DNA from: Camelus dromedarius | Lineage: Eukaryota | Reading direction: 5' to 3' | Assembly (NCBI RefSeq): GCF_036321535.1 | Contig: NC_087437.1 | Span: 113,090,001-113,154,000, forward strand | DNA length: 64,000 bases | Part shown: one piece after another, positions 51,770 through 64,000 of the stretch | Position numbering within the stretch: position 1 is the first letter of the stretch | Layout of the letters: each line of letters starts with the position of its first letter | Program-made: the position numbers and the translations under genes | The notes under the pieces: model-generated | What the model was told of the DNA's origin: nothing | Database searches by the model: none | What the model saw: the letters and a program-made list of their open reading frames with translations, nothing else

Positions 51770-51912
51770 CACAATTATTTAGCACATGCCTGTTCTACAT
51801 CAGACCCTGCTCCAGGAGCCTTGTCATCTGCAGTCCTAGCCCTTACGAGAGTCCGGCAAGGCAGAAACAAATATTCCTAATTTATAGACGAGGAACAGAA
51901 GCTTGGAGAGAG
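51770..51912 (-). mobile_element. MIR SINE
   Basis: TATTCCTAATTTATAGACGAGGAACAGAAGCTTGGAGAG. Confidence 0.6.
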
Positions 51913-51938
51913 CTTTGGGATTTTTGTTCTTTTGCCAG

Positions 51939-52316
51939 TATATTAAATTGCTTGGGCTCCACACAAAATACCACAGACTGGGTGGCTTACACATCAGATT
52001 TATTTTCTCACACTTCTGGAGGCTGAAAGTTTAAGATCAAGGGGTCAGCAGGTTTGGCTCTTCTGAAGCTTCTCTCCTTGGCTTGCCTCCTCCCTGTGTC
52101 CTCACGTGGTCTTTTCTCTGTCTGTGTCCTAATCTCTTCTTCTAAGGACATCAGTCAGATGGGATTAGGGCCCACCCTAAAGGTGGAGGACCTCATTTTA
52201 ACGTAACCACTCCTTTGAAGACCCCATCTCCAAGTATAGTCACGTTCGGAGGGTGTCACACCGCGGGTCAAGGACTCAACCTGTGAGTTTTGGAGCGATG
52301 CAGTTCAGCCTGCAGC
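51939..52316 (-). mobile_element. MLT1A-like MaLR solo LTR
   Basis: CAAAATACCACAGACTGGGTGGCTTA...TTCTGGAGGCTGAAAG...GGATTAGGGCCCACCCTAA...CAGTTCAGCC; TSD gccag/gacag. Confidence 0.9.
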
Positions 52317-52679
52317 GACAGTAAGTAGAGTGAAGTGAGGGGGAGAGGGGATGAGCATGGTCGTGGAGTCTAGTTAGAGCCCTTCTCGGAAACAGGGAAG
52401 GTGTATTTCCCTGGGGGCAGGGGAGGGGGTGGTACCCGAGGAATTCCACAATAGGCGTCCATCATAAGCTATGAGTGGAAAGCATCTCGCTCTCCCTCTT
52501 CCTACACACCCTCCCTTTCATCCCCCAATCTTGACTTTTCTCTAGGTCAAAAGTACTGAATTGCTCTATGCATTTCCTTCACCCTAGGGCCCAAAATAGA
52601 GTTATAATGAGAGACCCGGCCACCTGCCACCCCAGCTCAGGGCCAAGTCGGACCCCAGGGAGAGCTGCGCCCGACACAG

Positions 52680-52890
52680 CACCATTCCTAGCACATAGTT
52701 GAGGTGGAGGATGCGGAATGCGGCTGAGGTTACTTGAATTCTTTTCAAGGCTGACATCCGCGCAACCCTAGGCACAAAAAGCCTTCTCTCTGCGTTCAAT
52801 TTGTAGCAAAGCAAACAATTTGTAGCCAGTAAACAGGGTGTCTATTGTGTCGATGTTCTGTGGTTCTGTGAACTGGGCTTCAAAGAGGCT
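52680..52890. promoter_or_regulatory. Enhancer-like TF motif cluster
   Basis: CATTCC and GGAATG (TEAD), GCAAACAAT and GTAAACA (FOX/SOX), CTATTGTG (SOX), TGTGGTT (RUNX), CTTCAAAG (TCF/LEF) within ~210 bp of unique sequence. Confidence 0.35.
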
Positions 52891-53283
52891 TTTTGTCCTA
52901 AAGGATATTTTAAAATTCTTCATTTGGTATAAAAGCTATTTAAAAAACTCTTTCTCAGACACTCAAATACCTCTTATATGAAGGAGAAGAAGAAGAAGAA
53001 AAAAAAAACCCACAAAACTTACGAATAAGAAGGAATGGTCATTTGCAGCCCTGACTTCTCGTCTGGCCAAGTCAGCAGGGGTGATGGGGCACTTCCTGAG
53101 GTCCAGCCCCATACGAGGCTGGGAGACAGCTGGAGGCAGGGAGGAGGAGCCTCTTGCTGGGAGGGAGAGGGGGTGAGGATGATGAGCGAACAGAAACTGG
53201 CTGTGGAGGACTCTCCCGTCTCTCCTATGCTCACAGCTCTGCTCGGGAGGAACTGGAAAGAGAAGGCAGGGCTGCTCCCTTGC

Positions 53284-53302
53284 ACAACTCCAGGGGGCGC
53301 TC
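53284..53302 (+). promoter_or_regulatory. Candidate CTCF site
   Basis: ACAACTCCAGGGGGCGCTC vs consensus TGGCCACCAGGGGGCGCTA. Confidence 0.45.
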
Positions 53303-53968
53303 TTCACCTTGGCAAAGCTCAACTGTTGTCTAAACTGCAGTGTGAGGGGTACCCCCTGCAGGGAAGTAACACAGAGGTACACCTGGGCCAGGCACCAAGA
53401 GAGACATAGAAGAGGGGGGAAGCAGGGCTGGGGGGACCCAGGAATGCCTCGTGGAGGAATCAATCAGGAGCTGAAGGACGGGGTGTAAGGAGTCCGGGCA
53501 GGGACCTGGAGAAGCCCTAGCATGTGTACTATCAAATCATCCATGTGGAACCAAGATGCTCCCACAGGAACCGTCAGAGTGACAGCTTGTGTCCTGATCC
53601 CCAGGGCCCAGCAGACCCCCACCCCCGCCCAGCTGGCCTTCCTGGAGGCTGATCACAGAAGTGGTGCAACATCTCTCAGGATCCGAGAAGCAAGCTGCCT
53701 GTGGAATCACTACATCTTCATAAATAAACCCAGCTCCTTCTCAGGGGCTCATGCAGACCTGCCGCCCCTGGGCCGATCAAGATGGCAGGAGCATCCGAGT
53801 CCCCTAAGTGGTTGCTACCCCCTCCTTATGCAGGGGACGACACTGAGCCCCAGCAAAGGAGGCCAGTACACTAACACTTGACCTGTGATGGGGCAAAGAT
53901 AGTGTATCAGATCCTTTCCTAGGAGCAGATTTGGACGGGGGAGGAGGGAAGGCCCTAAGCTGTTCTTG

Positions 53969-54000
53969 TTGGTGGTGGTGGTGGTGGTGGAGGAGGAGGA
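53969..54000. repeat. (GGT)n(GGA)n compound microsatellite
   Basis: Direct reading. Confidence 0.9.
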
Positions 54001-57000
54001 GACTGGCATATGCACCAGCAGGAAGGTGGACAAGAAGCAGGGAGAAGGCAGAGTGGAGTCCGAGACAAGTCTGCACACTACACAGTATTGCCTCCATCTG
54101 GCCTGGCTTGGACAGTCTGAATGATTTTGACATTATCCAGAAGACCTAGGATGCTGAACGAAGACTTCTCCAGATGCTCTGAAGTTACACTTCCAAGCAT
54201 AATTCTTGGCTCTCCGAGAGCCACAAGTAATTGATGACACTCCCCCGCCCCTTTCCACATCCTATTCTTTCCAGCTCCTAGACAGATAGATTTGCTTGTT
54301 TTCAGATTCATTCATTCCAGGCTTTGCAGCAATCTCAGATTTGACAAACACAAGCACGGTGTGGTTGCCTTCATCTGCGGTCACCTGGTCCTCATTAGGG
54401 CCATCGGAGGAGGCCAATGCCTGGTTCTGTGATTAGCACTTCCCCCTCCATGTGGGCTTGAAAGCTCTCAGCGGCCTCTGGTTGTTTGCACGAAGATCTC
54501 GGAGGACAGTGCCAGGCTCAGCTCAACATTTTCCACATGACTGATGGCATTCAAAGCTTTGCAATCCCAATAGGCAAATTTCTTGACTGGCTTTGTTTCT
54601 CGTTGGTTCAGGTGGAATAATAAGGTTTTTTTTCTGCCAGGAATGTCAGTGTGTGGTTGGGAAGCTGGCATTTTTCTCTAGGGAGGCAGGGAAGTTGACT
54701 GGTACGTGCCTGGGTGCCTGGCACCAACCGTCAGAAGAGTTGTTTCGGTATTTCTCATCTTAGTGAAATGAGAGGGTGTGCTGTAAGGGGTAGGTTGGGC
54801 GGACCCAAGGGGTCTTCCTGGGGGCTTGTGACTGCCTCTTGCTACCAGCCAGGCTGCTGTTCAGCCCTGCTTCACGCATTCTCCTACGGCCACGTGGGAA
54901 CTGGGGCTGGGGTTGGCAGGGTGGGGGTGCTCTGGGATTCGTCTTTCATTTCTGCAGCTGGGAGAACGGCTTGGCCTCTGCCAAAACCTTTTGTCCCATT
55001 TTTCTCTTGCTCCATTGGGATATTTCCGGAACCAAATATACTCAACTAGTCCTCAGCTTCAGGAAGTAATTGAATATCCAAATGCTGGTCCTTCCATTGT
55101 CCGATGACCAGAACCAGCTGAAACAGTCAGTTTTGCAAAACATTATGCTCCAGTCATTTCCCTAATTGACTCTTCCAATTGTACTGTCTTCACATCCCCT
55201 TCTCACCGAGGTGCTCGAGGCCCACATGGATTCTGAGAATTCTTAGGGTAAATTCCACTCCTCATGCACCAGAGCTGTTAGGCAAAACTGCCCTCTCTTA
55301 AAGTGTTTTGTTCTACTGTACTTTGACATGGATTCCAAAGTCTGCATCCTACCATAGGCGGGCTATTGTTGTAATGATTATTTTGAAACGGACACATTGC
55401 TGAGCTCCTGGATCTGAGCCCGAAGATAAACATGGGTACTCAGGGGCCTTGAAATCCACACTCACAGCTTGCTGATCCTTGCAGGCCTGGTAGAACAGTG
55501 CCAGACTAAACAGAAAGCTGGCGCTCCCTCCCCGGGCCAGCACTTTGGGGCTTTTGTCAACTGGGCAGGAGTGCAAATCCTTGAAGACGCTCGCCATGGA
55601 AAGCTTGTTTCTTTCTGTCCTTTGGCCCGGACCTTGGCCAGTGTTGGCAAGGTGGCCTTGCGCTGCCCTGGGTGCCTTGACATTTCCTCATTTGGGCCTC
55701 TGGGGCCTTTGCTCCAACTCGACTGTATATCTCAGGGAGCAGGAAGGAGGGGTGACCCATGGTCTTGTTTCTTGTCCTCTGGGATTGAGAAGAAGCTTTG
55801 AGGTTGGGGAGAGTCAAGTTTCTCACAAGACAGGTGGAATGGGAATCAGAGAGGGGCGCTTTGGTATGGCAAGGAGGGGAGGGAAAACGGCAAACAAGCC
55901 AGGAGTGTGTGTTTATTATCTTGTGCTACAGGGTGTCTGATGTCACTCAGAGTCATTGAGTACCTGGGAAATTGTATCCTTTTCCCCAGCCAGGTGCCCC
56001 CGGACATGCAAATGCATTAGCTCTGCAGCCACGTGGTGCTTTGTCCAATGTGGCCGTGTTCCAGCCCCACTGTGTATCCCTCAGACCCTGGCACTGCAGG
56101 GGTGGTGGCCCTTCACAGTTCTTCCTGTAGGGGTCACCTCTCCGTTCCTCCCTGTGACTTCTGCTGGCTTCCCTCAAAGCTTTCTATATCCCCATCTCTC
56201 TCTCCTTACCAGAAAGACACCAGAGAAAAAGGGGGAAATCCTCCAATTTGAGGAGTTCCCTCTTTCAGTTCTTTCTTTGGTTCTTAACCTCAAACAGTCC
56301 CTTGTCCCACCTGGGTGACACTGCTTCAAGGGGGCCTGCCTTTGGAACCTGTTTCCATTGTCTTTGGAAAGCAAGCCCAAGGGGAGAGTTGAAATTCAAA
56401 TATAGAACATGTTCCTGAGGGTAAGGGAATCCTCACATCCACTGTGACTGGGATGAAGTGGATGGGGGCTTATGTGGACAGGGGGTGCAAGCGGAGGGAA
56501 AGGGAGCTGGGATGGGTGGAGGGGAGGCCACGTCAACCATCTTGTCTCAGAAGAACCTCAGCTGGGTCACAGGAAATGCCATCCTGGAGTTGTCATGGAA
56601 ACCTAAGGATATAGTGTCAGGTCACCTCTTTGTAAAGGGGCCCCTAGGAAGAAATGCGTACGATCTTTTATAATCTCATGACTTCCCTTGAGAATCAGCA
56701 AAGAACAAAGACCTGGGGAGACTCAACCCAGTGGAGCAAATTCAGCTCACTCCCAACTTAGGTTCCTTGAGGAGAGGAAACACAGTATCATTGCATTTCA
56801 ATGCCAAGTGCAGTTCCAGGCTCAAAGTAAAGGCAAAGGAAGTGTTTGTTGGTGTGAAGGAGCCCAGGCTGGCCAGGGCTCAAGTGTGAGAGGAGGAACC
56901 AAGAAAATCAGAACAATTGGGCACTGGGTCCAGGGCCACACATGTCTTTAGATGCTGGGCTAAGAGGGTCCAGAGACAGATGGACCATGAGAAGGCAGGT

Positions 57001-58677
57001 GTTTTCACACGATGAGATATTACTTTCCCTTGATCTTCAGGACCTCTAATTCAGTACTCAGCAGTGATCATCATTTTTTTCAGTTTATTCCCTAAGTTTT
57101 TAAAATGATGGCTAGTTTTCTTTTAGTTCCAGGAAGTCCTTTTCTTGGACTCTAATTGTGTCTTCTGAGCATCCTCATTACTTGTTTCTTCCAGCTCTTT
57201 CCTTCGCCCTCCTCCAACGGGGGCCACTTGAGCCAGAGGCTTGGTCTTTCTCTTCCTCGTCACAGAGGTCCTTAAATGCTCCTGATTTTGTGGCCCACTG
57301 GCAGGTAGATCAGGACGAGAGCATTTGTCAAGCAGCGGCAAAGTCAGTCAGCAAGGGATGGTTCAACAGTTTCTGCTTGTTGGAGCCAGCAATAAGCCAA
57401 CTGGTCAAGCACTTCTCTGTAGCTCTGAGCAGACCATCTTCTCTTTGAAGCTCCTGGGATCAAGGTCTAGATCTTAAAGGAGATGAAGGGATGGGAATTA
57501 AGAGCACAGGTAGGAGAATTAGCTCTCAGGAGGAGGGGATATACCTTCTTCTGACCTGTAAGACTGGCTGGAGGGGTTATAAGTATCGACCCTCTACGTT
57601 TGCCATTTTGTGAACTGTCAGCTGGGGGAGCTCACAGGCAGTGGAAGAGATGGGCTCGTGGGTGCCATTTGAACGTTCCTCTGATTCAGAGAGAAATAGC
57701 CATTGAGCCGTGTCCTTCCGCGTCCCAGGGCTCTCATCTCTCACAGTCAGCTCAGCCTGCGGCTTGAGCACCTCCTCCCTGTCAAACACTACGTCAGGTG
57801 CTGTGAGGCACAGAGGACAATCGGAAGCCAGAGTCTCCACCCCCATCCCTCAAGGACCGGCTTAGCTGCCACCTCCGGAAGTCCCCCTCCTCTGAGGCAC
57901 CAGGATGCTGCTCCCCCCGCTCCCTCTGTGGGGCTCTGGGAGGATGCGGCAGCTGGCCTGGGGCAGTTCACCCCTGAGAGCGCAGTGGTGTGGGGCGGTT
58001 TGGCAGGAAGGCCCTGGGGCTTTAGCTTTCCTGAGCTGCCCTTAGTGCACCTGTGGTGAAGGTGAGGCTAAGGAGGAGCTAAGGGCCTGGCTGGAGCAGG
58101 GCCAAGGAAGTCACAGCCAGACCTCACGGGAGAGGCCGAGTCGCCGGAAGCAGATGGCCTTTGATGGAGCCAAGAGGAGAAGACTGACCACATGGCCACA
58201 GCCTTTGGCCACCATTTCCAGTCTGGTGAGGCTCAACTAGCAGACAAGGGACACTGCCCAGGACCATTGGAGGCAGAAGTCACCACACCAAAGATGTTAG
58301 CAAACCACCGCTGGCCCATACTCTCAGAGGTCATGACCACCATGGGGCCAGGGAGAGAAATCTCAGAGACTTAGAATTTGAGTTTGTTTTGTTTTTTTCC
58401 TAGAAAGACCGAGCATAACTGAGAGGGATGTTTAAATTTGGGGATCTAAATTATAAAGCAGATTGGGTTAAAAATTAATCTTTTTCCTATTCACCAGCAG
58501 TAAAGTCCTAAAAGGAAGACAAATTTTAGACCAAATAAAGGAATTAGATTTCCTTCTTGCAAATCCAGGTTGTACAGGGAATTTGAATACTGCCCCCCAA
58601 CACACACATTTTCATGTCCTTTAAGTCTTTTTCCTGACCCTATTGGTTAGAATAAGACCTAAAATTCATAGGGGAAA

Positions 58678-59553
58678 CCACAAAAAGACAAACAACCCAA
58701 TTTAAAAAATGAGTAAAGCACTTGAATAGACATTTTCTAAAGAAGATACATAAATGGCCAAAAAGCACATGAAAAGATGCTCAATGTCATTAGTCATCCA
58801 AGAAATGCAAATCAAAACCACAGTGAGATACCACTTCAAACCCACTAGGATGGCCAAGACTTTTTAAAAAGGGGGAAAAATGTGTTGGTGAGGATGTGGA
58901 AAAATTAGAGCCCTGATTCGTTGCTGATTGGAATGTATAATGGTGTGGCCACTGTGGAAAACAGTTTGGTGATTTCTCAATCAGTTAATTATAGAACCAC
59001 ATGTGACCCAAGAATAGATGTATACCCCTTCAAACTGAAAACAGGTGTTGAAACAAAACCTTGTTCACAAATATTCATGGCACACAATAGCCCAGATGAC
59101 GAAAGAACCCAGACGTCAATCAACAGATGAGCAGATTAACAAAATGTAATGTATCCATACAATGGAATATTATTTAGCCATAGCAAGAATGAAATACCAA
59201 TATATGTTACCGCATGAATGAAACATGGTGCTGGGAAACATTGTGCTAAGTGAAGAAACCAGACACAAAAGACCACATATCATTATATGATTCTGTTTAT
59301 TTGAAGTAACCAGAGTAGGCAAATCCATAGACACAGAAAGCAGATGACAGCTTGCCAGGGGCTGGGTGTGGGGAGGGAGGGATAGAGAGAGACTACGTAG
59401 TGGGCACAGGGTTTCCGTTTGGGGTGATGAAAAATTCTGGGACTAGATCAAGGTAGCAGTTACACAACACTGTGCAGATACTTAACGCTACTGAATTATA
59501 CACTCCAAAATAGTATATTTTATGCTATATGTATTTTACCACAATTTAAAAAA
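58678..59553 (+). mobile_element. L1MB-type element: ORF2 C-terminus plus 3' UTR
   Basis: Decayed translation ...[44 protein letters not shown]; 3' end TGTATTTTACCACAATTTAAAAAAA. Confidence 0.95.
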
Positions 59554-59589
59554 ATCCTCAGGAGTACTGCTGTAGCTGAAATTTCTGCC

Positions 59590-59760
59590 CTGCACTAATG
59601 ATAGCCTGGATCCATTGTTGCTTGCTGCGCGCTGGGCATTTTACACAGATGGTCTCGTTTTGTCCTCACAGCAATGCTAGGAGGTGGTATCATTATTCCC
59701 ATTTTGCGGGTGAGGAAGCAGATTTGGAGAGCAAAAGTGGTCTCCCCAGAACCCAAGCAG
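59590..59760 (-). mobile_element. MIR SINE
   Basis: TCCTCACAGCAATGCTAGGAGGTGGTATCATTATTCCCATTTTGCGGGTGAGGAAGC. Confidence 0.75.
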
Positions 59761-61844
59761 TTAGCCCTCCCACCATTCAGCGAGGTGGGGGGGAGGGAGG
59801 GGCTGCCAAGGTGGCCCTCCTTAGAGCAGGAGGTGAGAGCTCGGGACCGGCCCCCAGCCTTAGCAGAGGAGCTTCCTCACTGGCCTGGGGCAGAGAAGTG
59901 GGGGGCACCAGTGTAACCGCTTCAGGCTTCGACCTCTAAGGTACTGAACACAGGGCCGGGAAAGGGAATTTAGAAGGAGACACCATCCCAAAGCCCATTG
60001 GGAGGAAGTCCAAGAATCGTCATCCGTGAAGGGATGGTTGGCGTTACCTGGACCCTGAATTAAGGCCCTTCTCCTCGGGCAAGAATGTGGTCCTGACCCC
60101 AAGGGAAGCCACTTCTTCAGTGTTTCCCAGCCCTGGAGGCCAGATTCACCCCACACCAGCGCTACATCAGTTTCCTGTGAAAAGGAGGGCAAACAGGCCT
60201 GCTGAGAAAGAGTGAGGGAGAAACACATGGCCTGAATCACTGTCGACGGGGCCACTGTCCCCAAGAAAGCACTTCAGGATGGTGGCTGCTCTGTCCCTGC
60301 TGTAGCAGACCACAGGCAAAATCTCCAGCTGAAGGACAAGCCTCAAGTGCAGGTGCAGCAAACAGAAAGGACGTGCCCTTGGCATTGGCCGTCCCAGCGT
60401 TGGGCCACTGTGCCTGGCTCTCCAGTGAAATCCTGCCCAGTGTGCCCTCTCCCCGATGATCATCAGAGCCCACTCTGATAAGGGGTCTGTATTTGGGCAG
60501 TAACTGGCATCAGAGCCACAGTCCTGTAGCTGGCCACCCCTGGATTCCTGTCTTCACGGGAACTTCGGTGAGACCGTAACTTTGGCCTCTTCTGAGTTAC
60601 TAAAATAGAAGTGGCAAATATTTTTCAGCTCTCATGGCAACTCCTGTTCTCTTGTAGTGGCTTCCTGGGGTGCAGTGTTGAGGATCCTGAGTCCATGTCT
60701 CAGGCTCGGTAGAAAAGATAACCACTGTTGACAAGGGACATCTGCACTGGACACGTAGCAGAAGTACAGGAGTGGAGGCTGATCCCCATCCCGCGGGCAG
60801 TAGACACTATTACATGGTGGCTCGGTAGTGGGCTGGGACGAGCGCCCCTATTATCGTAGGAATTCTTGTAAAGGATGACAAAGGCATTGATGCCATGGAA
60901 AAATCTTCGGAGGTGATGGCCACTCCATTCCATCCAAGAAAAAAAACTTTCAGAAAGACCCTTTTCTTCTCCATTATCTGTGCTCCTGAGAAGGGCAGCA
61001 GGTCAGGGGCTGTTTCCTCCTCTTTCCCCAAGGAGCACACTGGTTGTGGGCCAGCAAGGGCCTCTCTCTCCCAGGCTGTTCTGGAGCTCTTGTTTGCCCA
61101 GGGCAGCTGCAGCCACACAGTTTGTTTCTTGTCATGGAAAGCTGAAGCTTCTCAGAGCCCAAGCTAAATACTGGCTACAGCAGAACATCCAGTCTTTCTT
61201 CTTTTTTTTTCTTTCTTTTTTCATGAGCCCCTGGTGAATTGAAACCCAGAAGCCAACGGCCCACCTGCCAATTATTACAGTTAATTCTACGCAGGCTTGA
61301 CTCAGGACCCGAGACAGAGAGTCCTGTTTGCTGCTGGGGGCGCACAGGGCGGGCAGGAGGGGCTGTGGCCCCAGGGCTGTGAATGCCCCTGTGTGTGCCT
61401 GAGCTGGTCCTGGCAGCCGCGGCGCCCTGCCCGCACTGGGAGTCTGGCATCCAAGTGTGACTTCAGCGGGGCCTCCTCCTGGAGTCTGCCTCTGAGATCA
61501 GAGACGTTGACTGTCGAGAGCTTGTCTTCCTCCTGTTACCTGCTGCAGCTGCCTGCGTCCCCTTAAGAACTCAGTGAAAAACCCTCGAGTTTACTTTTTC
61601 CAAAGGAAACGAGAAAAAGACATTCAAAGTTTTTTTCTGTTGCCTTTTCTCCTCTGACCCATTGCCTTATATGATCCCATTCATTTGGGCAGAGAACAGT
61701 CACCCTTTGTCCCCTGGAAGCACCTTTGGTGGGGGGCCACAGACGAGTTCCAGTTTGGTCTTGCCTCAAGGTGACCTCAATTCTAGTTAGTTGCGCAAAA
61801 GCTCCCTCTCTCCTAAGTCCTTCGGTTGATTAATTAGTTTATCC

Positions 61845-62350
61845 ATTCATCAGTTCATTCATTCCTAGTAAGCCTGGCAACCGGGCTGGGCATTGGGATG
61901 ACAGTGGAGAGGAAGACGGATGTCCTGCTCTCTGGGAGTGACACCAGAAAGTAGAGCGTAAACAAATAATCAGAGGAATGATCGAGTACGTGTGGCCAGT
62001 GCTCAGTGAGGACGCTCAGGGGATAAAACCCAGCTTCACCCCTCAAGAGGGGAGGGAGTGCACGTAAGATGCTCAAGCAGCATCCAGGATGTGGTACAAA
62101 CATCTAAGAAAGAGATATAATCTAGACCGTCGGGAGGTGCTGTCAGGAAGTTGTCCCTAACTTCCTTGAGGGTTAAGTGGCGAGCTGAATGGTGAGTAGG
62201 ACGAGGCAGAGAGTGGCTCTGGGTGGTGGGACAGCAGGTCTCAGGAGAGCAAACAGTGTGCAGAGGTCCCCGAGACCCATGGCACCTTCCAACAGCTGAA
62301 CTCTAGGGAGACTGGAGCACGAGGGACAGTGCTGGGCAGTCTGGCACCAG
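61845..62350 (-). mobile_element. L2 LINE 3' region
   Basis: CATTCATCAGTTCATTCATTC...GGGCTGGGCATTGGGATGACAGTGG...AAACAGTGTGCAGAGGTCCCCGAG. Confidence 0.75.
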
Positions 62351-64000
62351 GTGAGCTGCAGTGGGCAGCAGGCGGCCCCTCCCTGCCTCATGAGTCACGA
62401 GAATAGGGGCCTCTTTCTTCCCGATGCAGGGAGTCGATGGGGTGAATTGAGGCATAGTGCTGCATCACTGCTCCTGCTCCCGTCTGGTGGCCCCTGGATG
62501 CTGTTTTCCCTGACTCGGCAAGACCAGCCATTTCCCAAGAGAACTGCCCCATTGGACACCCTGCCAGAGCCCAGGCGGCTGCAAGATGATGATGGGTCAC
62601 GGACCTTGACTCCAAGGAGCTCACCTATGAGTTGGGGGTGGATGGGCCTGGAAAGGGGTGACCTCATTACCCCAAGGAGGGAGCCATGACTTCTTCCAGG
62701 TGAGGAGGAGCTGGAGAAAGCTCGGAGAGGAAGTGAGACTCGAATGAGTCTCGTGGGGGAAGCCACTGCAGCCGTGAGGCTGGGGGTCCTCGGGCAGGCA
62801 GTGCAGGCTGACTCCGAGACCGGAGTTCCGAGGCAATGTTTTATTGGGCTGTACGTCTCCTCACCCTAGAACAATTGCGCCTCCTTACTGACCCAGGCGG
62901 TGGGTGGCTGATTGGAACCATATGTTGGAACAAGTCTTCCCCTGTTGGTGCAGGATGGGGGCCCCATTCCAAACACGGCGCGGAGAGAGGAGCTGGCTGG
63001 GAGGAGCCAGTGCTGGGCTGGTCCCTCTTCCGTGAAGAACTCCATCCTCTGTGATGGAGAGCAGACCAAGGATGCCAGGTTGTGACATCTCCCCTGCGTT
63101 TTAGACGTGCCCACCCGGGGAGGTTTCTAGACCAGAAAACTGATCTTTAAAAAACTTATATCTGCTCAGGGTTCCAGGGGATCCTGTGCCCTGAGCCTCG
63201 CTCTGGCCTCAGCTGCAACAAATATCTCCCGACTGTGGCCCAACTCCCAGTAGCCACCTTAATCACACGGTATAAGCGTCTATTTTAGTTACATAAACAG
63301 AGTCGTCTACATTTGGACTCCGGGGCTGGCTGCAGGAATTTGTAAACAGCATGGTGGACGCGTTTCACAGAAAGTTGCCAGGACGCGCTCCTTTCCCACT
63401 GCCTTTGTCCAGTTTTCCCTTTTATAGAGAGTCTGGCTGGGAAAGAGAGACAGAACTTATTTGGGAATAGAGGACAATCTCTCAGGCAAATTCCTCTCTC
63501 CCACTCCCGCAGCCACTGCCTCCTCTTCAGAGATGCTGAGGTCTGGTGTGGAATGAAGCCTGCTCCTGAGTGACGAGTCCCTCCCGAACAGGAGCCTCGT
63601 CTAAATATAAATGTAAACCTCACAAAAAACAAATCTGGGGAGGTTTTATTCTTGGGAGGGCAACAGGGAATTTTGAAGTTTGAGGCAAGTTCTAAAACCT
63701 GTCAGACACTGCTGTCTCTATCCGACTCAAGACCCCAAGTGACATCACGACGTCCCCTTTGCTTCTCCCACCTAAGAGCTTTCTTGAGCTTCAAGCAGGA
63801 GCTGGTCAGGTTCTAGACAGGAGGGATGCTTGGAGCCATCAAGAAGTGGTCGCCTCAAGGGGGAGAGGGGCATTCATCCTTTTCTTTCATTTAATAATCA
63901 TTAATGAAGCATCCATTTGAATTTGAAACTGTGTTCAGCACTGTGGGCCTTGGAAGATGGATAACAGAAACTGATGGCCTCGAAAAACTTCAGTGATGGA

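Noticed and set aside
53804..54149. ORFs with poly-His/Thr/Trp runs
   Set aside because: Artefacts of the (GGT)n(GGA)n microsatellite
60700..60933. ORF segment RFFHGINAFVILY, superficially like a small-GTPase strand (processed pseudogene?)
   Set aside because: No P-loop, DTAG or NKxD motifs, poly(A) tail or TSD nearby
1..64000. Prokaryotic-type systems (CRISPR arrays, operons, defence islands)
   Set aside because: The sequence is mammalian; no repeat-spacer arrays or gene-dense regions

Overview
Mammalian nuclear DNA, most likely a camelid (camel/alpaca/llama). That assignment rests on a tRNA-derived SINE at ~46.93 kb and on young L1 3' ends that I recall as camelid types; no search was run. 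The window is intronic or intergenic. A large share is decayed interspersed repeats: L1, L2, CR1/L3, MIR, MaLR/ERV solo LTRs and hAT DNA transposons. Several repeat-poor unique blocks contain regulatory-looking motifs. I cannot identify any intact protein-coding gene, and none of the six-frame ORFs looks like a genuine protein. The most notable items are: (1) a near-full-length fossil Charlie/Buster hAT transposase (~20.9-23.0 kb); (2) a very old CR1/L3 reverse-transcriptase fossil (~51.05-51.67 kb); (3) candidate + strand exons, including a 93-nt exon followed by a 7-nt microexon-like element at 41.16-41.43 kb; (4) an enhancer-like motif cluster at ~52.7-52.9 kb. I found no convincing evidence of a novel biological system. 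Repeat subfamily names come from recalled consensus sequences, and boundaries are approximate unless TSDs are given.
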